IMG/VR virus record: IMGVR_UViG_3300034069_000381
Location: 1 to 43,644 of that record
Reading direction: 5' to 3' (one strand)
Length of the DNA stretch: 43,644 nt
DNA from: a virus
Shown here: positions 1 to 7,494 of the stretch, piece by piece
How the letters are laid out: each line of letters starts with the position of its first letter
How positions within the stretch are numbered: the first letter of the stretch is position 1
Notes under the pieces: model-generated
What the model saw: the letters and a program-made list of their open reading frames with translations, nothing else
What the model was told of the DNA's origin: nothing
Database searches by the model: none
Made by a program: the position numbers and the translations under genes

Positions 1-91
1 CACGGCAGACGATCCGTTCGTCTGGGTCGAGGCGATGACCGCCAAGTATGGCCCGAACTTCGAAGACATGGACGGGGAGGGCGGGCTGTGA
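1..91 (+). CDS. 3' part of a 52-aa hypothetical protein (full copy at 43436..43594)
   Basis: Same frame and sequence as 43504..43594. Stop TGA 89-91 overlaps the GTG start of the next gene (GTGA). Confidence 0.55.
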   Translation, partial: TADDPFVWVEAMTAKYGPNFEDMDGEGGL

Positions 92-141
92 GGCGCCCCC
101 GTCTCCTAGACCTGTTCTGCTGCGCCGGCGGCGCGGCGATG
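1..141. repeat. Terminal overlap, copy 1 (identical to 43504..43644)
   Basis: Read base by base, 1-141 equals 43504-43644 with no mismatch. The left limit cannot be tested because the window starts here. Confidence 0.97.
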
Positions 142-774
142 GGCTACTACCAAGCCGGCTTCGATGTCGTCGGCGTCGATATCAACCCACAGCCTCGATA
201 CCCGTTCGCCTTTATCCAGCACGACGCATTGACGCTCGACATGCGGTTCATCCGCTCGTTCGATGTCATCCATGCCAGTCCGCCGTGTCAGGGCTACTCG
301 GCAATGCGGCACGCGCCGGGAACCAAAGGCGCGCCTCGCTTGATCGTCGCCACTGCCGACATGCTGGACCGGTCAGGTGTGGAATGGGTGATTGAGAATG
401 TCGAGGCGGCCAAAGCTGAGATGCCTGGTGCGATTCGGTTGTGCGGCACCAGCTTCGGCCTCGGGGCGCACGGCTGCGACCTTCATCGTCACCGTCTTTT
501 CAAATCGAGTGTCAGCCTGCGCGCGCCGGGATGCCAGCATGGGGAGCGGCCCGTCGTAGGCATCTATGGGGGTCACGCACGCATCCGCTCGGCTCGTCAC
601 GGTGGACGCGGCACTCGCGATGCATGGCCTGCCGGACACAAGCCGATCGCGGCGGAAGCAATGGGCATGGATTGGGCCAGCCTGGCTGAAATGAGCGAGG
701 CCATCCCGCCAGCCTACACGCGCTTCATCGGCGAGCAGCTGATCGCGCATCTTTCGCGGAGGGCCGCAGCATGA
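88..774 (+). CDS. DNA (cytosine-5)-methyltransferase, compact form (228 aa)
   Basis: Motif I DLFCCAGG, motif IV SPPCQGYS, motif VI ENV (WVIENVEAA), HRHRLF at the motif VIII position, C-terminal AIPPAYTRFIGEQL. The region between motif VIII and the C-terminal motif is only about 55 aa. Confidence 0.9.
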   Translation: MRRPRLLDLFCCAGGAAMGYYQAGFDVVGVDINPQPRYPFAFIQHDALTLDMRFIRSFDVIHASPPCQGYSAMRHAPGTKGAPRLIVATADMLDRSGVEWVIENVEAAKAEMPGAIRLCGTSFGLGAHGCDLHRHRLFKSSVSLRAPGCQHGERPVVGIYGGHARIRSARHGGRGTRDAWPAGHKPIAAEAMGMDWASLAEMSEAIPPAYTRFIGEQLIAHLSRRAAA

Positions 775-1019
775 ACGACCCCCACTTCAACCACCACGCC
801 GCTCGCGCGATCGTGGACGACGAAGCGTGGGCGGATGCCGAGGCGGACGACCTGAAGGCGCGCGTCATCCTCTACGGCGCCGGCCTGTTCGCGCTGCTGT
901 TCGTGGCGCCGCTGCTGGCGCTGGTGAGCGGCCATGCCCTGATCGTCGGAGGGTTCATCTGTGCCGGCGTGTTCGCCGGGTGGGTGATGATCCGCGCTAT
1001 TTCCGGAGATGAGAGATGA
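771..1019 (+). CDS. Small membrane protein (82 aa, two hydrophobic helices)
   Basis: ATGA overlap with the upstream stop. Hydrophobic runs GAGLFALLFVAPLLALV and LIVGGFICAGVFAGWVMI. Confidence 0.6.
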   Translation: MNDPHFNHHAARAIVDDEAWADAEADDLKARVILYGAGLFALLFVAPLLALVSGHALIVGGFICAGVFAGWVMIRAISGDER

Positions 1020-1375
1020 CCGAGCGTCCTAGCGATGAACTGGTGGAGCGGATGGTGGCGTGCCTCCGTGGTTTAGCGTGCCATTGGGAAACTGCCGATC
1101 CGATCAGCATCCGGGTCCGGATCGACGAAGCCGCCGCCATCGTCGCCGAACTCCCCAAGCCGGTTGATCCGGATCTTCTCATAGCGCGGAATTTTGCGAT
1201 TGATCTGCTGTCCCGCACGGTAGTGTCGAACGGCAATCCGGCTGGCGAACATTCGATCCAGATGATCCTTTCCGGCACCGGCGACACCAACAGCTACGTC
1301 GCGACGTGCCTCGCCGTCGCGACGTGCCTCGCCGCCATCAAGCGCGGCAGGGAACTCGCGGCGTCCGGCAAATGA
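1016..1375 (+). CDS. Hypothetical protein (119 aa)
   Basis: ATGA overlaps at both ends. Contains an in-frame 18-bp tandem duplication (VATCLA x2). Confidence 0.6.
   Translation: MTERPSDELVERMVACLRGLACHWETADPISIRVRIDEAAAIVAELPKPVDPDLLIARNFAIDLLSRTVVSNGNPAGEHSIQMILSGTGDTNSYVATCLAVATCLAAIKRGRELAASGK
1298..1333. repeat. Perfect 18-bp tandem duplication (gtcgcgacgtgcctcgcc x2)
   Basis: 1298-1315 and 1316-1333 are identical and in frame inside CDS 1016..1375. Confidence 0.95.
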
Positions 1376-1545
1376 CCAGCCACCGCGACCACCAGCGCCG
1401 CCCGGTCCCGATCGTCCAGCGCACCACCAAGCAGCCCGGCGATCTGGTCCTGAGCCGCACCGACCGGCCCGCGATCGTGTGGCCGTCCTGCACAGCCCGC
1501 ATTGCCGATGTGCGGCGGGCAAATGAAATTAGGGAGGGGTTGTGA
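1372..1545 (+). CDS. Hypothetical basic protein (57 aa)
   Basis: ATG 1372 overlaps the upstream stop (ATGA). Third codon positions are strongly G/C. Its stop overlaps the next start. Below the 60-aa cutoff of the ORF track from this start. Confidence 0.5.
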   Translation: MTSHRDHQRRPVPIVQRTTKQPGDLVLSRTDRPAIVWPSCTARIADVRRANEIREGL

Positions 1546-1931
1546 TGGACACCGAGACACAGCGCGAGATGGTCGCCGACATTATCGCGAAGCATGTAAG
1601 CGGGCCTGCGATTTGGGATGCTGGGGTTAACATAGCGCACCGGCATGACCAGTTGACCGCCGCCGACAATATCCTCGCCGCCCTCAACGCCGCGCCTGCA
1701 TCGCCCGTGCCGGGGTGGAGGACGATCGAGAGCGCGCCGAAAATGAAGGGCGTCTTGCTGTGGGCAGACACCAGCACGCCGGATTTTCCTAACTGGAGAA
1801 TGGGCAGCGGCTACTATCACACCAGCATGGACTGTTGGATCTGGGAAGGCGAACAGGTGCGCGAATGGGCGCATCCTCCGACCCACTGGATGCCTCTCCC
1901 CGCTGCCCCTTCGGAGGACAAGCCATGCTGA
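1545..1931 (+). CDS. DUF551-like phage protein (128 aa)
   Basis: The C-terminal THWMPLPAAP preceded by W-rich segments is the DUF551 signature as I recall it. RBS AGGGAGGGG lies 5-6 nt before ATG 1545; an in-frame GTG at 1542 is an alternative start. Confidence 0.7.
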   Translation: MDTETQREMVADIIAKHVSGPAIWDAGVNIAHRHDQLTAADNILAALNAAPASPVPGWRTIESAPKMKGVLLWADTSTPDFPNWRMGSGYYHTSMDCWIWEGEQVREWAHPPTHWMPLPAAPSEDKPC

Positions 1932-2254
1932 TCGAGGGGAGGGAATGGAAGCTGGTGCCGGTCGAGCCGACTGAGGCGATGATCGATGCATATTTCGATC
2001 GATGCAGAGATTTTGGGTTCACGGCTCACATCAACGCCACGGCTGCATATATAACGATGCTCGCCGCATCGCCGACCCCTCCCGTATCCTCGAACGAGGC
2101 GGCGCTGGTTGAGGCGCTGAAACCATTCGAGCGGGTCAATCCACATAAAACCGAAGCTGGCCTGACTATAGCCAGTGTGCCGTGCACAATTGCTGAAATA
2201 CGCGTCGCCCGCGAAGCCCTCGCCCGCCATCGCGAAGGGAGGGGCTGGGAATGA
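1925..2254 (+). CDS. Hypothetical protein (109 aa)
   Basis: ATG 1925 overlaps the upstream stop by 7 nt. The longer ORF from 1835 would overlap the previous gene heavily. Confidence 0.6.
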   Translation: MLIEGREWKLVPVEPTEAMIDAYFDRCRDFGFTAHINATAAYITMLAASPTPPVSSNEAALVEALKPFERVNPHKTEAGLTIASVPCTIAEIRVAREALARHREGRGWE

Positions 2255-2469
2255 GCGCTTGTCGTAATTGTGCGCTGTACGATCTTGATGCCGCCAAAAA
2301 CGCGGCCGGGGCGGTGTTGAAAAGACGTTCAGCTGAATGCCTCTGGAAATCCACAGAGACTTGGCCTGTCAGCGTCACGCCCTCGATGAATCGAAGGCCA
2401 GAGCCGTCTTACATGCAACCGGACGACGGCGCTCGTTGCGGCCGATTTATCAAAAGGACACCCGCATGA
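2251..2469 (+). CDS. Hypothetical protein (72 aa)
   Basis: ATGA overlaps with both neighbours. Confidence 0.55.
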   Translation: MSACRNCALYDLDAAKNAAGAVLKRRSAECLWKSTETWPVSVTPSMNRRPEPSYMQPDDGARCGRFIKRTPA

Positions 2470-3392
2470 CCAATCCCGAGATCCCCGCCGATGCGGTGGA
2501 GGCGATGGCAAAAGCTGCGATAGATTTTCAGAAAGCTGTGCTTGGCGCCAATCCTATATGGGGCGCGGCATCGATAAAAGCTGCGAACGATGCTTTCAAT
2601 AAGTCGGTGAATGAATACCGCAGCCTCGCCCTTTCCGCCCGCCAAGCGACAGCGCCGGGTGGGGAGATCGGATGGATTGTCGGTTCAGCGGATGGACGGC
2701 GATGGCGTCATTGGCACAACGGTAGCCCGAAATGGGTGGATACGCCTGAAGAGGCCACGCGATATACGCGCAGATGTATCGCCGAAGCCGTACACCGTGA
2801 GGATGAGGACGCTTGGACCGTCACGCCGTACGCCGCTCTCTCCACCCCCTCGGCGAGCGTCGAGCGGGCGACGATCGAGCGGGAGGTTCGCACCGCGATC
2901 ATCAACACCCCGGAGACGGCCGAATTCATGGCTGGCGTGCCGATCGAGGCCGCTCATCAGCGCGAGCGCTGGGGCTCCGAACACGACGCTGGAAAGTCGC
3001 CCTTCGATTGGTTTTGGCTGATCGGCTACCTCTCGCAGAAGGCGGCGGATGCAGCGACGCGGGGCGATGCTGACAAGGCCATGCATCACACGATCAGCAC
3101 GGCTGCGGCGCTCGCTAACTGGCATCTGGCATTGTCCGGCGGCGACAATTTGATGCGGCCGGGCATAGATGAACCCGCCGCGATACGCCGCCTTGCTGAC
3201 GGGGAGGGCGCAACGCCGGTGGCCCGTGAAGTCAGCGCGACCGAGCAAAAAGCACTGGCTGGTGCCCACCTTGCGAGCGTGTCGGTCGTGCGCACTTTGC
3301 CGATGCCGCCATACGATTTTCAGAAACAGGACATGAGCGGCGGGGGGATGGCGTCTGCCACCCCGACCAACGAGGAGCCGTCCGATGGATGA
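2466..3392 (+). CDS. Hypothetical protein (308 aa)
   Basis: ATG 2466 overlaps the upstream stop and the frame stays open to 3392. The segment HQRERWGSEHDAGKSPFDWFWLIGYL loosely recalls all-alpha NTP pyrophosphohydrolases but lacks their acidic motif, so no function is called. Confidence 0.65.
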   Translation: MTNPEIPADAVEAMAKAAIDFQKAVLGANPIWGAASIKAANDAFNKSVNEYRSLALSARQATAPGGEIGWIVGSADGRRWRHWHNGSPKWVDTPEEATRYTRRCIAEAVHREDEDAWTVTPYAALSTPSASVERATIEREVRTAIINTPETAEFMAGVPIEAAHQRERWGSEHDAGKSPFDWFWLIGYLSQKAADAATRGDADKAMHHTISTAAALANWHLALSGGDNLMRPGIDEPAAIRRLADGEGATPVAREVSATEQKALAGAHLASVSVVRTLPMPPYDFQKQDMSGGGMASATPTNEEPSDG

Positions 3393-3930
3393 TTATGCGT
3401 TGGATGATGCAACCCTGATTCGTTTTTGGAGCAAGGTAGACAAGACTCCGGGTCACGGGCCGAACGGCGATTGCTGGATATGGACAGCCACTACCATCCG
3501 AAACGGATACGGTAGGTTCCTATGCGACGGCCGTATGCAAATGGCTACGGCCGTCGCACTCAGAATTGCCGGCATCTCTGCTTCGGAGGGGAAGAGATTT
3601 GCATGCCACCGCTGCGATAATCCCAATTGCGTTAAAGCGGCACATTTGTTCTGGGGGAGCAGCAGTGACAACATGCGCGACGCGGCAAACAAGCAACGTC
3701 TTTGGCGTATGGATAGGACCCATTGTCTTAATGGCCATGAGCAAGTCGGCGAGAACACATTTACGAACTCAAAAGGCCGTAAAGAGTGCCGATTGTGCAA
3801 GGTCGAACAGACCAAACGCAGCCATCAAGGCGAAGGCTATAAGATGCGCAGGTCTGCTACGCGCGCGCGTCAGTACGCCACCCGCGCCGCCATCAGCCCA
3901 TCGGGAAAGCAGGAGGTGTGCGGTGGGTGA
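3385..3930 (+). CDS. HNH endonuclease (HNH_3-like) with C-terminal Cys/His ribbon
   Basis: CHRCDNPNCVKAAHLFWGSSSDNMRDAANKQR is the classic HNH_3 core. C-terminal THCLNGHE-x5-EN-x10-CRLCK ribbon. Confidence 0.85.
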   Translation: MDDYALDDATLIRFWSKVDKTPGHGPNGDCWIWTATTIRNGYGRFLCDGRMQMATAVALRIAGISASEGKRFACHRCDNPNCVKAAHLFWGSSSDNMRDAANKQRLWRMDRTHCLNGHEQVGENTFTNSKGRKECRLCKVEQTKRSHQGEGYKMRRSATRARQYATRAAISPSGKQEVCGG

Positions 3931-4099
3931 GGTCACAGAAAATGTCGCGGCTTTCCTTAAGGCCAATCGCCGATCGAAGGTGATTTCCGGGTACGGCAAT
4001 CCAGGTGGTGGAGGGGGCTACACACTGAACAGCGGAAAGTCCTTCACGTTCACCCTTGATGAGATGCGTTCCATGCCCATGCCCGAGTGGAAGCTATGA
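3923..4099 (+). CDS. Hypothetical protein (58 aa)
   Basis: GTG 3923 lies 6 nt after AGGAGG (3911-3916) and overlaps the HNH stop. Its own stop overlaps the next start. Confidence 0.5.
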   Translation: MGEVTENVAAFLKANRRSKVISGYGNPGGGGGYTLNSGKSFTFTLDEMRSMPMPEWKL

Positions 4100-4329
4100 C
4101 CGCGCCGAACCCCGATGCGGCGGACGTGGCGCGGCGCTGGTATCGCAAACCGCTTTGTTGGGCGGGGCTGTGCAACACGTTTAGCCCACAGTCCGACGCC
4201 AGTGGTTGCTGGGGCGAATGCTCAATCTGCCACAAGCGGGCGGGGTTCGTGGATAGGTGGACCCTGCGTCGGTATGCTGACGCTGAAGCCGCCGCACAGG
4301 CCCCCGGGGCGCCGGGGAGGGGAGAATGA
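4096..4329 (+). CDS. Hypothetical Cys-rich protein (77 aa)
   Basis: ATGA overlap at 4096. Contains CWAGLC and CWGECSIC. An alternative GTG start exists at 4087. Confidence 0.55.
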   Translation: MTAPNPDAADVARRWYRKPLCWAGLCNTFSPQSDASGCWGECSICHKRAGFVDRWTLRRYADAEAAAQAPGAPGRGE

Positions 4330-4577
4330 CAACCCCCTGCCCCCACTGCTGCCACACGATCCCGTACAAGGACGTGGAGCGGCTACAGGAGCCGTACCGC
4401 TCAAGCTGGCAAGGCATTATCGCTTGGGCGCGTGATGCCGTGGACCGCGACATGCCGATCTATCCGCGCGATCTGGAGCGCGAATTGCACAGGCTGATCG
4501 ACGGCGGGGCGGTGGCGGTAGAGGCTTTTGCGTTGGCGACAACGAGATATGGAAGGGAAGATGAGAATGGCGAATGA
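4326..4577 (+). CDS. Hypothetical protein (83 aa)
   Basis: ATGA overlap. N-terminal CPHCC motif. Confidence 0.55.
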   Translation: MTTPCPHCCHTIPYKDVERLQEPYRSSWQGIIAWARDAVDRDMPIYPRDLERELHRLIDGGAVAVEAFALATTRYGREDENGE

Positions 4578-4613
4578 TCTGCGAACTCGGGAAGCGTTCC
4601 GGGCGGTGGCGTC

Positions 4614-5147
4614 GTGAGCCATTGGGAAACATCTGGAGCGTCGGATGAGTGGTACACTCCTCCGCATGTGTTCGACGCATTGGGGTGCTGGTTCGACATG
4701 GATGTGGCTCATCCTGGCGATTGCTTGACACATGTCCCGGCAACAACATGGATCACAGCTGACAGCTTGATCAGCGAATGGCTCGGCTTCGTCTGGATGA
4801 ATCCGCCGTTCGGTGGCCGTAACGGCCTAGTACCTTGGCTCGAAAAATTCTTCGCGCATGGCAACGGCATCGCCTTGGTGCCGGATCGTACGTCTGCCCC
4901 TTGGTTTCAGAATGCTTGGCGCAAGGCCGACGCCGTCCTGTTCACACGGAAACTGCGCTTCTTGCGTCCCGATGGCTCAGAGGGAGTGTCGCCTTCTAAT
5001 GGTACTGCGCTCGTGGCCCGAGGCGAGATAGGGTTCGCTGCCCTCACTAGGGCTGCGGAGCGTGGTTTAGGTATTCTCGCCTTGCCCTTTCCGATTGTAC
5101 AAGAAGCGCAGCACGCCCCTGCTCCGGCCCATAGGCAGCCCACATGA
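4614..5147 (+). CDS. Phage Dam-type DNA N6-adenine methyltransferase (177 aa)
   Basis: N-terminal DEWYTPP, catalytic WMNPPFGG (the (D/N)PP(Y/F) motif), and the LVPDRTSAPWF segment typical of the phage N6A-MTase family. GTG start. Confidence 0.85.
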   Translation: MSHWETSGASDEWYTPPHVFDALGCWFDMDVAHPGDCLTHVPATTWITADSLISEWLGFVWMNPPFGGRNGLVPWLEKFFAHGNGIALVPDRTSAPWFQNAWRKADAVLFTRKLRFLRPDGSEGVSPSNGTALVARGEIGFAALTRAAERGLGILALPFPIVQEAQHAPAPAHRQPT

Positions 5148-5353
5148 CCTACGCCATCCACAACCTCCACGCGCCGGCCGTGGAGATCGACGCTGCCGGC
5201 ACGATGAGCCACGACGACAAGACGCGCATTCAACTTCCGCAAGCACTCTTCACCGCTGAGACGCGGGAGGATGCGGAGGCTTGGCGGATGCAAAGGCAGT
5301 CTGAGATTAAGGCACGACAGGACAATTCCCATCCAGCACCGCCAGCGCCGTGA
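5144..5353 (+). CDS. Hypothetical protein (69 aa), last gene of the rightward block
   Basis: ATGA overlap with the methyltransferase stop. Its 3' end overlaps the convergent lipoprotein gene by 47 nt. Confidence 0.5.
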   Translation: MTYAIHNLHAPAVEIDAAGTMSHDDKTRIQLPQALFTAETREDAEAWRMQRQSEIKARQDNSHPAPPAP

Positions 5354-5540
5354 CCGCAGCTTGGCGTCCCAGCACGACCGACTGCGGCACGGGGCGCCCG
5401 GCTGCGGCGTACACGTCGGCCGCCAGAATGGCGCTGGTATAGACCTGACGGCGCAGCGCGGCGCCCTTGCACAGGTCAATCGGGGCGGCGCCTGCGCAGG
5501 CCGTGAGTGCAAGAACGGGGATCAGGGCTAGGGTTTTCAT
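5307..5540 (-). CDS. Lipoprotein (77 aa)
   Basis: MKTLALIPVLALTAC is a signal peptide plus lipobox (LTAC). The start overlaps the upstream stop (ATGA). The longer ORF to 5588 would run into the upstream gene. Confidence 0.7.
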   Translation of the reverse strand: MKTLALIPVLALTACAGAAPIDLCKGAALRRQVYTSAILAADVYAAAGRPVPQSVVLGRQAAVTALAVLDGNCPVVP

Positions 5541-5986
5541 AGCTTTTGCTCCATCAACTTTGCCCGCAAAGCCATTGCATCCCACCATGCGTTATGTTGC
5601 ACGGCGTCAGTCAGCTTCGTCGGATAACAATCCACGTCATGAACCTCGAACGACAGGCGCGGCGCAATGCAGGGCGAATACCCTCCGCCGGGAGCAGTGC
5701 TGATCGCTTGGCAGAAGCGCGCAATATCGACGGGGCTATCCGCGACGATTATGGGCTCACGATCGTCCCCGATGAACTGCTCGATATCCGCACCGATCGC
5801 ATCGGTATGCATCACAGCGCTAGGAGTAATCGCGTCAAGCAAGGGAACAACGTTAGCCACCACCCAAGGGTCGCGCGCCGTTTCGGTGGTGATCCAATAT
5901 CCGCCCTCGCCATTCTCTCGGACGAGCGCCATGCTTAACAACGGGCCATTGTGTCCATCAAACTCGCAATCGACATAATATCTCAT
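5537..5986 (-). CDS. DEDDh 3'-5' exonuclease, Rv2179c-like (149 aa)
   Basis: VDCEFDG (D-x-E), ADSPVD, and HNAWWDAMAL (H-x4-D) in the spacing expected for a small DEDDh exo(ribo)nuclease. Confidence 0.72.
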   Translation of the reverse strand: MRYYVDCEFDGHNGPLLSMALVRENGEGGYWITTETARDPWVVANVVPLLDAITPSAVMHTDAIGADIEQFIGDDREPIIVADSPVDIARFCQAISTAPGGGYSPCIAPRLSFEVHDVDCYPTKLTDAVQHNAWWDAMALRAKLMEQKL

Positions 5987-6279
5987 AGCGCTTCCTTCAC
6001 ATTAACAGGATCTGTGGGGGTGCCGGTGGGGCCATCGATCGGCTTATGCAGCGCATCCATCGCCTTGGTGGCGAGTTCGGAGCCGGCTTTCGTGCTGGCC
6101 GTCCACATGCCAAACACGTCGCGCAAAATTGCCCCGGCCACGCCCGAGGCCAGCGCCGTGAACAACTGCGACTTGTCCAGATCGGGCACGAACGCCACTA
6201 GCGAGATGACATAGACAAACAGCACCCATGCGCCGATCGTCAGCCAGCCGCGCTCTGTGGGCCATCCGGGGCCGGTCAT
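5983..6279 (-). CDS. Small membrane protein, holin-like topology (98 aa)
   Basis: ATG 6279 overlaps the upstream stop. Two hydrophobic helices (WLTIGAWVLFVYVISLVAFV and LFTALASGVAGAIL) and a hydrophilic C-terminus. Confidence 0.6.
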   Translation of the reverse strand: MTGPGWPTERGWLTIGAWVLFVYVISLVAFVPDLDKSQLFTALASGVAGAILRDVFGMWTASTKAGSELATKAMDALHKPIDGPTGTPTDPVNVKEAL

Positions 6280-6644
6280 ACTAGCCACCGCAAAGCAGCA
6301 CCGTTGATGAGAATGTGGATCGTGTTGTCGGCGATGATTAGCAGCCAAACAGACAGCCAGGGTGGCACGTCGTCAGAGTATCCCGTCGCTGTGATTGGCC
6401 CTCGGCATCCGTTTTTGGCCCACACAACGAAGCGCGCAAGCCGGTAGCGGTCGATCAAAAAGTGAGTGCTCGCGATTACGGCCAGGGCCGGCAAACTTTG
6501 AGTGATGAACAGAAAGGCAAGAGTGTAGCACGCCGCATGTACGGCGGCGGCTAGGCTACGCTTCGTCTTCTCCGAAGCCATCCAGTGTGATTGGAGAATA
6601 TAGTCGCCGACGAGGTGAGCGACGATCTGGTCTGCTGTGAACAT
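6276..6644 (-). CDS. DUF3307-like membrane protein (122 aa)
   Basis: N-terminal HLVGDYILQ matches the H-x3-D(F/Y)-x2-Q signature of DUF3307 and several hydrophobic helices follow. One-nt overlap with the endolysin stop. Confidence 0.68.
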   Translation of the reverse strand: MFTADQIVAHLVGDYILQSHWMASEKTKRSLAAAVHAACYTLAFLFITQSLPALAVIASTHFLIDRYRLARFVVWAKNGCRGPITATGYSDDVPPWLSVWLLIIADNTIHILINGAALRWLV

Positions 6645-7264
6645 TATCGCACCGTCCGATCATACTGCGCCAGATTGTTGCTCTTGATGATGCTCTTGAT
6701 GAGCGAGGTGTAATCCTTCGCGGTCGCGTAGATCGGCCCGAGCGCATCGATATAAGCATCGCGGTTCGGCAGTTTCGCGCGAGCGGGAGCATAGACCGGC
6801 GCCGTGCCCACCAACTTCGCGTGCGCCTCGAACGCCTCGCCCATGTCGGCGAACTTCCGGAACGGTGCCTTGATCGTGTACCACGATCCGTCCTTGCGCT
6901 GCTCCTTGGTTTCCACCAGCACGACGGGACCGGTTTCGTTGGCGCGTGCCTTCATGCCGAAGGGATTGTTGGAGCCCGGCGGCATAGATTTGCCCCAGCC
7001 GCTTTCGAGCGCCCATTGCGCCAGCGATACGGACGCCGGCACGCCATACGTGCGCTCAGCCTGCATCGCCCCAAGGATCAAGTCCATCGGAATCTTCGGA
7101 TGAGGCGGGATTGCGGGTGTGACCAGCTCCGGCAGCGGCCACAACGCCTCCAGCTTGTCGAGCGCCGCCGTGTAGGCAGCTTCGGTGTTCGGCCCGTAGC
7201 CGCCACTCTTGTCCGTGAGGAAGCCCCAGCGGCGAAGACGGTCCTGGTTATGGGCGAGGGTCAT
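6644..7264 (-). CDS. Endolysin, GH73 N-acetylglucosaminidase type (206 aa)
   Basis: AQWALESGWGKSMPPGSNNPFGMK is the glucosaminidase (FlgJ/GH73) catalytic block. ATG 7264 lies 6 nt after GGAGGA, so the longer ORF to 7288 is not preferred. Confidence 0.88.
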   Translation of the reverse strand: MTLAHNQDRLRRWGFLTDKSGGYGPNTEAAYTAALDKLEALWPLPELVTPAIPPHPKIPMDLILGAMQAERTYGVPASVSLAQWALESGWGKSMPPGSNNPFGMKARANETGPVVLVETKEQRKDGSWYTIKAPFRKFADMGEAFEAHAKLVGTAPVYAPARAKLPNRDAYIDALGPIYATAKDYTSLIKSIIKSNNLAQYDRTVR

Positions 7265-7494
7265 CAACAATCCTCCACAGGCGGCCACATGGGCACGTTG
7301 CGCTGATCTTCGGGCCGTGGATCGGGATCATCGGGCATGGGGTTGCTTATAGCAGAATGTTGTGGCATCTAATAGGGGTGATGCGGCAGCACGGATGGAC
7401 GTGTTTCCGGGTGCGAATTGGAGCCTGCAAGAGAGTTACGCATCGCGGGGAGCCACAGGGCCTCTCGGTAAGCCGGTATCAAGCCCGGCCCGCA

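Noticed and set aside
1-141. Reading the 141-bp end repeat as a physical direct terminal repeat or as an att-type repeat
   Set aside because: The repeat cuts through two ORFs and has no flanking host DNA. Its length equals a common assembler maximum k. I treat it as a circularisation overlap until read data say otherwise.
1338-1991. 217-aa minus-strand ORF across the early plus-strand genes
   Set aside because: It is antisense to three tightly coupled plus-strand genes that have RBSs and strong GC3 bias. It has no start context.
7264-7338. 24-aa ORF (MPDDPDPRPEDQRNVPMWPPVEDC) ending on the endolysin start codon
   Set aside because: It has no RBS, is very short, and would start almost at the candidate -10 element. 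I kept it as part of the non-coding gap.
7265-7494. tRNA or other structured RNA gene in the largest gap
   Set aside because: I could not assemble an acceptor stem or a T-arm (GTTCRANYC-like box) on either strand, only 4-5-bp stems. A covariance-model scan would settle this.
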